Shown piece by piece: positions 30,671 through 38,766 of a stretch of DNA of 64,000 nucleotides. The stretch comes from a virus (Duplodnaviria; Caudoviricetes), in the IMG/VR virus record IMGVR_UViG_3300029305_001221, positions 18,537 through 82,536 of that record. One strand, given 5' to 3'. The translations under genes were made by a program, and so were the position numbers. The notes under the pieces are model-generated. The model saw only the letters and a list, made by a program, of their open reading frames with translations, had not been told where the DNA came from and made no database searches. The stretch's first letter is position 1, and each line of letters starts with the position of its first letter.

Positions 30671-30952
30671 ATGATCATCAAAATTATTATCATTTGGATT
30701 GTATTGCAGATTATCGCTGGCATTATCGTCGGTGTAATTCAGGCTAAGAAACAGGAGCGAGCTGAAATCGAATTCGCTAATAAACCTAAAGAGGAACTAT
30801 TAGCAATCGCATTACAGCAACCTAATCTCGAGGCTGCGTATTACACATTCGGCAGATGTATGCCATATGACGAAGCTGCAGACCTTGTGATTAATAAAAT
30901 GTTGATAGATCTGCGCATCATTGGCTATCGAAAAGACGAGGAGGAGCTCTGA
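30671..30952 (+). CDS. Small membrane protein (cassette gene)
   Basis: MIIKIIIIWIVLQIIAGIIVGVI TM helix. Confidence 0.75.
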   Translation: MIIKIIIIWIVLQIIAGIIVGVIQAKKQERAEIEFANKPKEELLAIALQQPNLEAAYYTFGRCMPYDEAADLVINKMLIDLRIIGYRKDEEEL

Positions 30953-30971
30953 ACAAGGGCTCTTTCGTTTT
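30944..30971 (+). terminator. Intrinsic terminator overlapping the stop codon
   Basis: GAGCTCT GAACA AGGGCTC TTTCGTTTT. Confidence 0.6.
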
Positions 30972-31006
30972 ATTTCTGAAGTTATCTTAGGAAATTCTGA
31001 AGGTAG

Positions 31007-31324
31007 GTGAAAAAAATGCCAAAATATATCGATATGGAAAAAGTGTGGTGTGGCTCTTGCAGTTATAGATCTGTTTGTCCTGATGCTGCGCTCTTTTGTA
31101 AGCTGAAAGATCTGGAGACTATTGATATTCCGACTAGATCTGAGGAAGGTTGCGAGTATTGCAATAATACCGAAGTCCCTAATGATTGGAAGTTTGACGG
31201 TAGAGATTTCATTGTCGGAGATAAGGAATATTTACCGAATATAGACGATGAATACTATTCTTTTACGAGAACTGTAAAGTTCTGTCCCAAGTGCGGAAGG
31301 CGGTTGAATAAATGCCTGAAATAA
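31007..31324 (+). CDS. Cys-rich hypothetical protein
   Basis: CGSC, CEYC, FCPKCG. Confidence 0.65.
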   Translation: MKKMPKYIDMEKVWCGSCSYRSVCPDAALFCKLKDLETIDIPTRSEEGCEYCNNTEVPNDWKFDGRDFIVGDKEYLPNIDDEYYSFTRTVKFCPKCGRRLNKCLK

Positions 31325-31653
31325 AAATTTACGATAAGCTCGTTCGTGATCGGATTCCCGAAATTATTGAGAAAAGCGGGCGAAAAGCGTGTTATTGGGA
31401 ACTTGGGGATGAAGCATTCGAACTCGAACTGAGACGTAAGCTGGTTGAAGAAGCTAACGAATTGCTGAATGCCAAGACAAAGGACGAGTTTTATGAAGAG
31501 CTGGCCGATGTTATGCAGGTTTTGGATAGTTTTCTCGATATGATCGAAGGTACTGAGGCTGATCGCGTTGTCGATACCATTTACCTCGATAAGCGTAGCG
31601 AAAAGGGCGCTTTCGATAAACACATTTACCTGCATAGTGTGGAAGGCGGTTGA
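31312..31653 (+). CDS. MazG-like / HisE-type nucleotide pyrophosphohydrolase
   Basis: YDKLVRDRIPEII...KLVEEANE...EELADV...KRSEKGAF. Confidence 0.85.
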   Translation: MPEIKIYDKLVRDRIPEIIEKSGRKACYWELGDEAFELELRRKLVEEANELLNAKTKDEFYEELADVMQVLDSFLDMIEGTEADRVVDTIYLDKRSEKGAFDKHIYLHSVEGG

Positions 31654-31669
31654 ATAAGGAGAAAAAAGT

Positions 31670-32281
31670 ATGGAATGGTTAAGTGTTAAAGATCGACTTC
31701 CTCCGTGCGAGGGGTATCTCGATTGCATGGTTGTAGTTAAGGTCGGAGACGAGTATCACATCGACTGCGGTGGTTGGACTTGCGCTACGAGCTGGGATGA
31801 AAACGGTAACCGGGTTGAAACTTGGGGTTGGTGGGTTATGAATGACTGGGATGAAGGACAGGGTTGCATTGTTCAATATTGGATGCCTTATCCAGAACTT
31901 CCCCCGGAGATTTCTAATAATCTAAAGTAAGGATTCGAGATTTGAAATTAGAGAAACTCTATATTCGAACGACTGGAGGATGACTAAATGAGGATATTTA
32001 CAAGAGGTCGTGATGCAGCGGAATATATGCAAAAACTTGAAAGTATGGTTATTGCAATGGCTGTAGATATTTCTAAATTACTGCAAACTGCTGACACCAA
32101 TATATGTTTATATACTGCTGAAGAAATTATCGACAATTATACATTTGTTACGTCAGAGCCGTCAGTTTTAGAAGAGGTATTATATCAACAAAACGGGACT
32201 CCATATCTTGAAAGAGAGAGCATACTTGCTTATCTTGTAAGAACGGGCGTTGTTGTGCGAGATGAATATATGAAGGGATGA
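31670..32281 (+). other. CDSs 31670-31930 (DUF551-like, starts EWLSVKDRLP) and 31988-32281
   Basis: Typical phage WIS-DRLP start; RBSs. Confidence 0.7.
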
Positions 32282-32285
32282 TTCT

Positions 32286-32840
32286 ATGAAAGTTCTTGTA
32301 GTTGTAGACATGCAAAACGATTTCGTTAGCGGTTCTCTAGGTACTCCTGAAGCTCAGGCTATCGTGCCGAAGGTAAAGAGAAAAATCGAGGAGTATCGTG
32401 AAAATGGTGATTTGGTTTGCTTTACGCTAGACACGCACTCTGGTGATTATCTTGAGACTAGAGAAGGTAAAAAACTTCCTGTAAAGCATTGTATTTACCC
32501 TACTTGGGGGTTTCAGATCGTAGACGAATTGTGTGATGGGTCAGAAGCCCTTATTGTCAATAAACACACTTTCGGATCCGAAAAGCTTGTCGAATTGCTC
32601 AAAGAAGAACGCGAATGCCGCATTGAAAATGACTATATGTATACAAATATTGATGAGATCGAGTTAGTCGGCCTTTGTACTGATATTTGTGTGGTGAGTA
32701 ACGCGCTGATGCTGAAGGCAGCTTTCTACAATGATTGCGAGATCTCTGTTGACGCTAATTGCTGTGCTGGTACAACTCCCGAGATGCATGAGGCAGCTTT
32801 GAAAGTTATGGAGTCCTGTCAGATTAATGTGAAGCGTTGA
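32286..32840 (+). CDS. pncA: Nicotinamidase/isochorismatase family cysteine hydrolase
   Basis: VVDMQNDF, DTH, HC...W, K, GLCTDICV catalytic pattern. Confidence 0.85.
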   Translation: MKVLVVVDMQNDFVSGSLGTPEAQAIVPKVKRKIEEYRENGDLVCFTLDTHSGDYLETREGKKLPVKHCIYPTWGFQIVDELCDGSEALIVNKHTFGSEKLVELLKEERECRIENDYMYTNIDEIELVGLCTDICVVSNALMLKAAFYNDCEISVDANCCAGTTPEMHEAALKVMESCQINVKR

Positions 32841-32853
32841 AGGAGCATGCTAA

Positions 32854-33186
32854 TTGACTACTAAACAACTCGTAGAGATCAGACGACGAAACGAAGCTGG
32901 GGAAAGCGATACCATGATTTCAGAAGCTCTTGGAATCGATCAATCTTACGTGTCCCATTGGCGAAGAACTCTTGGATTAAAACCGCAGGGTATCCATAAG
33001 CATCGCACCAAATACATATATTATATTTGGGATTCGAAAACTGACGAGCTATTATTCGTAGGTAGAGCCTCTGAGTGCGCTGAATTTCTCGGATATACAG
33101 CTATACAGAGCTTCTACGCATTGGCCAGCAGATCGAAGCATAAGCGCCGTAATACATATTACGTATTAAAGGAGAAAGAGGAGTAA
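32854..33186 (+). CDS. HTH DNA-binding protein with a NUMOD1-like C-terminal segment
   Basis: SDTMISEALGIDQSYVSHWRR; LLFVGRASECAEFLG. Confidence 0.6.
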   Translation: MTTKQLVEIRRRNEAGESDTMISEALGIDQSYVSHWRRTLGLKPQGIHKHRTKYIYYIWDSKTDELLFVGRASECAEFLGYTAIQSFYALASRSKHKRRNTYYVLKEKEE

Positions 33187-33189
33187 ATT

Positions 33190-34026
33190 ATGCAATACAT
33201 AAACTGTAAGGAATACGCTCAGGAGATCTTGGATAAGGTTAGAGATACTCCTGCTGAGAAAAAGAAAAAGTTGCTCATTTTGACTGTTGGTAACGATCCT
33301 GCTTCGGCTTCTTATGTGAAGGGAAAGATCAAGGATTGCGAGTATTGTGGGATTCCGTATGAGCATGTGAAGATTGATGACACTTGTTCTAAGATTGGCG
33401 ACATTTATGTACGCGAAGCTGATATTCTACTCAAACATCGCATTGCGGATGGAAACCGTGATCCCGAGGTCGGTGGTATTATCGTTCAGTTACCTTTGCC
33501 TGGTGATTTGGATGAGGATCGATTTACGCATCTGGTGTTTCCTGAAAAAGACGTGGATGGGTTCACATATGCCAGTCATTTCAAGCCTTGCACGCCTGAG
33601 GGAATCGTATATCTGCTGAAAAAAGAGCTTGGCGAGAATTTAGCAGGTAAAGATATTCTGCTCATCGGTAAAGGTAAGCTTGTCGGTAAGCCTCTGATCG
33701 AGATGTTGCTAGACGAGGGCGCGACGTTGACAATTGCTCATAGTAAGACGAAAGATTTGGGTAAACTGTTGTGGCAGATGCGAGATGCTATTGTCACTGC
33801 TGTCGGGATCCCGGAGCTTGTTCATCTTGATACTACAAAGGCCAGAGTCGTTATCGATGCTGGTATTGCTCGAGGTAAGGATGGGAAGCTGCATGGAGAT
33901 TGCTATGGGTTCGATGGAGCTGAGTATAGCAGACCTACTCGTGTGACTCCTGTTCCTGGTGGAGTGGGTCTTATGACTCGGGCCATGCTTATGAGTCATA
34001 TGGTTAGAGATTTGGAGGAAAAGTAA
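33190..34026 (+). CDS. folD: Bifunctional methylene-THF dehydrogenase/cyclohydrolase
   Basis: YVKGK (YxxxK), GIIVQLPLP, KDVDGF, PCTPEGI, TPVPGGVG. Confidence 0.92.
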   Translation: MQYINCKEYAQEILDKVRDTPAEKKKKLLILTVGNDPASASYVKGKIKDCEYCGIPYEHVKIDDTCSKIGDIYVREADILLKHRIADGNRDPEVGGIIVQLPLPGDLDEDRFTHLVFPEKDVDGFTYASHFKPCTPEGIVYLLKKELGENLAGKDILLIGKGKLVGKPLIEMLLDEGATLTIAHSKTKDLGKLLWQMRDAIVTAVGIPELVHLDTTKARVVIDAGIARGKDGKLHGDCYGFDGAEYSRPTRVTPVPGGVGLMTRAMLMSHMVRDLEEK

Positions 34027-34336
34027 TGCTTAGTTTCTTACTCGCCTTGGTTGCTATTTATATTCTGTTAGCGGTACCAAGGTCATACATACGGTTTCTG
34101 GTAGTATTGTCGATTGCGTTGGATGCTCTTCTGATTGGCGGAGCGTTGTGGTTGATTTTTGGGAGATAATTTATGCGTGATAAAAAGAATTTACGTAGAG
34201 TGAGCTTTGTGGTTAATTCGCAAACCCTTTGGCATTTGAAAAAGCTGGCTTCTGAGGCTGGATATTCTGATCGGGAGCTGGGAAGAGTTATAGATAAACT
34301 GGTTCGCGAGAGAGTTGCGGAAAGGAATAATGACAG

Positions 34337-35261
34337 ATGACAGAATGTAAATATGCCAGGAATTATGGTGCTGATCGAGTTGGTCTAGTTGATATTCGCT
34401 GTATGGGAACTAAAGAGTTAGATCCATGTTCTGGGTTTGATAACTGTCCGCGGTACACGCCGAATTATAAGACGAACGAGAATTGGCTGAAGGGTCTGAG
34501 TAAAACTGAGTTTGCTCGGTTTATGGCTACGACTACCGATATTTGTCAGCATTGTGCTAGTCTAGACTGCTACGAGGTTGACTGTATTGATGCGTGGGAA
34601 CACTGGCTTGGTTTGGAACATACGGAGGGCAAGTGATGGATACGTGGGACTTTAAATATCGAATTCCTTGTCTTATTTGCGGTGATGTGGTCGAGACAGT
34701 TTATCCTGATACCAATCCTAAGATCTGCGAGTCTTGTCGGTGTACGATAATGGCTCTGAAAAAGAGAAAATGTTTGATTTGTGGTGAGGATGTGGAGGAT
34801 GCAGGTGACCAGTTCGTGTGCAATTCTTGTAAAGGGGTAATAGCGCCATTTAGATATCCTAGAGAAGTTGACGCCGATGTGGCCGTGCATGAATTAATGA
34901 CGAAGCATCTGATTATTCCTGTCGAGACTGCGGAACCTATGAAAGATCCTTGTATCGACTGTGATAAGAGTTGGACTGATAGTTCGGGTTGGAAATGCAA
35001 ATATGAGTGCCCGAAGAGATTCGCGTATCTGGATAGTTTGATGAATGGGTAGGAGGAGGCTCTGTAATTATGATTGATGTTATCGACGATATCATGACTG
35101 AACTTAAGGATTGTAAAGCTAGAATCAATGAACTTGAGGCGGAACTTGATAAGGTTAAGCGCGAACGAGATGGATATTTTCGTAAATTGGAGATCGTTCG
35201 GAAGTATTTGAATACTCTCCAGAAGCAGGGCAAACAAGCTAAGCCGGTAAAGAAAGCGTGA
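34337..35261 (+). other. CDSs 34337-34636, 34636-35052 (two CLICG zinc ribbons), 35070-35261 (coiled coil)
   Basis: ORFs with plausible starts and Cys patterns. Confidence 0.68.
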
Positions 35262-35463
35262 GCAAATGTGGTGGCATTGGATTAAGGTTATTTATCTCGC
35301 TATTTCTGGCACTGTATTCTTTTGGCTTATGAATACAGAGAAAGAGCATATCGGTTTTACGGAGGTTTTGGCGGGCCTGATTGTCGGTGGTTTATGGCCT
35401 ATTGCGCTCGTAATTGGGTGGTTTAAGGTTCTTAAAAAGTAGTGAAAAGGGTGGTGAAACTTA

Positions 35464-35691
35464 TTGAATCGTAAGGAATTTGGCGATATGTTTCGAGAAA
35501 AAGTGGCTGGCGAGCTCGTTAAGCAGGGTATTAATAAGGCTGAATTGGCTCGAAAATCTGGCTTGGCAGCCTCTACTGTGACCGAATATATGCACGGGGA
35601 TAAGGTCCCAAGCCTTCTAAATGCTGCAAAAATTGCGTCTGTTTTAGGCTTTTCACTGAGCGAATTTGACGTTGAAAATAGGAAAAGATGA
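35464..35691 (+). CDS. XRE-family HTH regulator
   Basis: GINKAELARKSGLAASTVTEYMHGDKVPSLLNAAKIASVLG. Confidence 0.85.
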   Translation: MNRKEFGDMFREKVAGELVKQGINKAELARKSGLAASTVTEYMHGDKVPSLLNAAKIASVLGFSLSEFDVENRKR

Positions 35692-35699
35692 GTAAAATC

Positions 35700-36085
35700 A
35701 TAAAAATTCGTGGCCACTTTTAAAAACAGGATTTGGCCAATTGGACAAATATTTGGCCAATTTTGCAACTTTTTAAGAAAAACGTTGTTCGAGGTCACTT
35801 AAATATTCTTAATCGGGCTCGAAAAATTGACCAATTTTGCTCGTTTTTCGGCATTTTTTGGCCATTTTTTGCATTAGGATTTGGCCATTGGCCACTTTTG
35901 AAAATGGATTTGGCCACGGGAAAACCCAGTAATTGCAAGGGTTTGAGGGCTCTCTGGCCAAATGGTCAATTATTTTTCTTATTTAGTATAGAGTAAAATT
36001 GTAAAATATTTAATTTTAAAATTAAAAAAAGTGAAATTTCAATTCTATAATAAATAAGGGTAAAATGCGGAAAAGTGGCCACAAG
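35700..36085. repeat. AT-rich intergenic region with 9 TGGCCA palindromes (putative origin or operator array)
   Basis: TGGCCA at 35711, 35734, 35754, 35859, 35882, 35889, 35911, 35955, 36076; near matches TGGACA/TGACCA/TGGTCA; nearly pure A/T tract about 35970-36064. Confidence 0.7.
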
Positions 36086-36115
36086 TTGATTTTATGCGTA
36101 ACAAGGAGAACTTCT

Positions 36116-36559
36116 ATGGAATACGTGAATAACGCTGCTCGACTAGTCTATGACGATTTCGTCAACAATTATCCAAATCTGGCTAGAGAGATTGTCGACT
36201 GGTATCAGAGCGGTCAACTAGAGATTGTAATTAAACTTCGTAATGATGAACGTCTCGCCTATGACTTCACAAATCATACCTATAGATATTTGAAAAAGTT
36301 TAAAGAGAGCGAGTACGGCCTACCCGACTTCTCGGAAGAAGAATGGTCTAGAGGTTTCGCTAGTAAACTTAGAAAAAAAATGCGAGTCAAGGGCATGAGT
36401 GGAAAAGAGCTTGCAGCTCGATCTGGAATTAGCGAGTCTCGCATTAGTCAATACTTAAATGGTAAGACAGTGCCGAGTGCAGTGGCCGTCGCTAGACTTG
36501 CCCTTGCGCTGGAATGCTCCGTGTCGGAATTGTCGTGGTTCGCTGAGTTGAGTTTGTGA
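36116..36559 (+). CDS. Protein with C-terminal XRE HTH
   Basis: GMSGKELAARSGISESRISQYLNGKTVPSAVAVARLALALECSVSEL. Confidence 0.85.
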   Translation: MEYVNNAARLVYDDFVNNYPNLAREIVDWYQSGQLEIVIKLRNDERLAYDFTNHTYRYLKKFKESEYGLPDFSEEEWSRGFASKLRKKMRVKGMSGKELAARSGISESRISQYLNGKTVPSAVAVARLALALECSVSELSWFAELSL

Positions 36560-36581
36560 GGGTGGAGGAGAGGGAAGTAAA

Positions 36582-36842
36582 ATGAAAAAGAAGAGTAATA
36601 GAAAAGATACCATTGACGACATTAAAAGAAAGATCGAGAGTTTGAACGGGCGCATCAATGCCGCGAACATACGTAACGATAAAATTAAACGGTCCAAACC
36701 TCGTGGTATCACAGATATTGTTATTAACCAACATACTATAGATCGGAATGACCGCATCATTGCTAAAAACCAACATGACGTCGAAGTGCTAAGAGAAGCC
36801 GCCCATATCTTAGCTGGAAGAACTTATAAGGTGGACTTCTAA
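36582..36842 (+). CDS. Basic hypothetical protein
   Basis: RBS GGAGAGGGAAG. Confidence 0.65.
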   Translation: MKKKSNRKDTIDDIKRKIESLNGRINAANIRNDKIKRSKPRGITDIVINQHTIDRNDRIIAKNQHDVEVLREAAHILAGRTYKVDF

Positions 36843-36853
36843 TACATATTCTT

Positions 36854-36878
36854 CGCGAATCTAACAATCAGCTTTATA
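36854..36878 (+). promoter_or_regulatory. Conserved promoter-like motif, copy 8
   Basis: CGCGAATCTA ACAATCAGCT TTATA, then GAAAGGAG. Confidence 0.75.
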
Positions 36879-36894
36879 GAAAGGAGTGAACTTT

Positions 36895-37149
36895 ATGTTC
36901 GGAAACACGATTTTCAAAAACACACAAGGTTACTTCACCAAAGCAGCTAGCGATCAGCTCGATGTTACTCTCGAAGCTGCCAAGAAACTTGTGAAACTTA
37001 CTTCTATGGATTGGTATCTTGTAGAAGGAACACTGTATAACAAGGTTCGTGGTGCTTGCTTCGCAGAGGGCATCGTATGCGGTCTGGCCTGCGCTGGTGC
37101 AGCCTGTGTGGTAAACAAAGCTGTCAAGAAGCATAAAGAAGAAACCTAA
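36895..37149 (+). CDS. Small cassette protein with hydrophobic Cys/Gly/Ala-rich C-terminal helix
   Basis: ATG 8 nt after AAAGGAG; GACFAEGIVCGLACAGAACVV. Confidence 0.72.
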   Translation: MFGNTIFKNTQGYFTKAASDQLDVTLEAAKKLVKLTSMDWYLVEGTLYNKVRGACFAEGIVCGLACAGAACVVNKAVKKHKEET

Positions 37150-37159
37150 TTTAAAGACT

Positions 37160-37197
37160 AGAGGTTTGCGTAAAACACGCAGCCTCTTTTCTTTTTC
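37160..37197 (+). terminator. Intrinsic terminator closing the cassette
   Basis: AGAGGTTTGCGT AAAAC ACGCAGCCTCT TTTCTTTTT. Confidence 0.78.
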
Positions 37198-37290
37198 TGG
37201 GAGAGCGCAGCGATAGCAGCCTCTTTTATTTTTTTGTCCGAAAGTATTGAAGACAATCCACCTCCACATAATTTTACTCAAAAATAGGGA

Positions 37291-37315
37291 CGCGAAAAAA
37301 ACAGGTCCTTTTATG
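37291..37315 (+). promoter_or_regulatory. Conserved promoter-like motif, copy 9, upstream of the nuclease-RNAP operon
   Basis: CGCGAAAAAA ACAGGTCCTT TTATG, then a leader hairpin. Confidence 0.75.
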
Positions 37316-37423
37316 GAGAGAAGAGAAAATAAACGGCGAAATTTTACAAACACCATTATTTTTTCATTCTCTCTGAGACTGTAACGATATTGAATAAAAA
37401 CTAACAAGAAAGGAGGCTCATTC

Positions 37424-37723
37424 GTGGCAAGAAGTTCAAAATTAGAAAGCGGATTTCAAGACAGACTTATTTCGGAACTTAAAACGCTTTTCCCAGGCTG
37501 CATGGTCTTCAAGATGGACCAGATTCAAGGCATCCCTGATCTACTCATTCTATATGGAAAGAAATGGGCCTCCCTTGAAAATAAGAAATCGCTCAAAGCT
37601 AAGCGTCAACCAAATCAAGAGTACTATGTGGAGCTTATGAACAAGATGTCGTTCTCGAGATTCATCTGTCCAGAGAACAAGGAGGAAGTGTTAAGTGAAC
37701 TTCGCAAAGTTTTTATGGGCTAA
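37424..37723 (+). CDS. VRR-NUC domain nuclease (Holliday junction resolvase-like)
   Basis: ESGFQDRLISELK...GIPDLLILY...LENK...RPNQEYY. Confidence 0.82.
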   Translation: MARSSKLESGFQDRLISELKTLFPGCMVFKMDQIQGIPDLLILYGKKWASLENKKSLKAKRQPNQEYYVELMNKMSFSRFICPENKEEVLSELRKVFMG

Positions 37724-38216
37724 GGACTTCGAGTATAACGTCGACAAGTTCGGTAAAGATCCGAAACATAATGTCTTATACATCGTGGGTCTTAGCGGTT
37801 CTGGAAAAACATACACCGCTGAAAGACTTGCGGATGCTGACACGGACGTTGTGAATCTTGACGACTATAACAATGATTATCTATCAGACGAAGCTTACTA
37901 TTATACAGTCGATAGAATCATTTATGATAGTACACAATTTGCGAGTAACCTGTATCCGAAGCGAAAACTAATTGTCGAAGGGATACAGCTGATCGACATG
38001 CATCCCAATTTCTTCAAGGACTACTGTCTTATTGTAAAGCGCACTAACATCCTTACTGCTTTTTACAGAAAGACCGAACGAGATAGAGGTGAAGAGAGTC
38101 TCGTAAAAACTCTTTGGAGAAATCGGCACTATTTGAAATGGTACATAACCTGTAGTAGGAAATTAAACACTCTTGTGAAAAGTTTGAGGGGAGACGCTTA
38201 TGGGATTCGTATTTAA
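37695..38216 (+). CDS. P-loop kinase-like protein
   Basis: YIVGLSGSGKT Walker A; LIVEG. Confidence 0.65.
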   Translation: MNFAKFLWAKDFEYNVDKFGKDPKHNVLYIVGLSGSGKTYTAERLADADTDVVNLDDYNNDYLSDEAYYYTVDRIIYDSTQFASNLYPKRKLIVEGIQLIDMHPNFFKDYCLIVKRTNILTAFYRKTERDRGEESLVKTLWRNRHYLKWYITCSRKLNTLVKSLRGDAYGIRI

Positions 38217-38763
38217 TGAACATCACAAATTATCAGGTCTGCATGCGCCTTTCAGTCCTAGTCAGCCTAGCTGGTTGAACTACGATGATGAGAAGGTTCT
38301 AGATGTATACCGAAATAAGAAAGCCGCTGAGATGGGCACCAGACTTCATGCCTGGGCAAAGGAGACCATCGATCTCGGCATCAAACAGCCTCGTTCCAAG
38401 AAAACTCTTTGCGCATATGTAAATGATGCAATTGGTTTCGGTATGGACACAGAGGTTGTTCTATTTTATTCTGAAAGATTCTTTGGCACTGCTGATGCTA
38501 TCTGCTTTAGAGATGGCGTTCTCAGAATTCATGATCTTAAAACTGGAAGCACTAAAGTCAAGATTGAACAGTTGGAAGTCTATGCTGCCCTTTTCTGTCT
38601 TGAGTATCAGATCAAACCTACTAAGATCGAATTCGAGTTAAGAATCTATCAGAATGACGAAGTGCTATACGCAAATCCGACTCCTGAAAAGATTCAGGAA
38701 ACTATGGATACGATTGTCCATCTTGACAAATTATTACAAAAAGCTGAGTACGAGGGGGTATAA
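38200..38763 (+). CDS. Cas4-like / DUF2800-type PD-(D/E)xK exonuclease
   Basis: HAPFSPS, GTRLH, E...FGTADAI...IHDLKTG, QLEVYA. Confidence 0.82.
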   Translation: MGFVFNEHHKLSGLHAPFSPSQPSWLNYDDEKVLDVYRNKKAAEMGTRLHAWAKETIDLGIKQPRSKKTLCAYVNDAIGFGMDTEVVLFYSERFFGTADAICFRDGVLRIHDLKTGSTKVKIEQLEVYAALFCLEYQIKPTKIEFELRIYQNDEVLYANPTPEKIQETMDTIVHLDKLLQKAEYEGV

Positions 38764-38766
38764 ACC

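Noticed and set aside
37206-37230. Tenth promoter-like match CGCAGCGATA GCAGCCTCTT TTATT
   Set aside because: Spacing fits, but it is followed by a T-run rather than purines and forms a terminator-like hairpin related to 37160; not counted.
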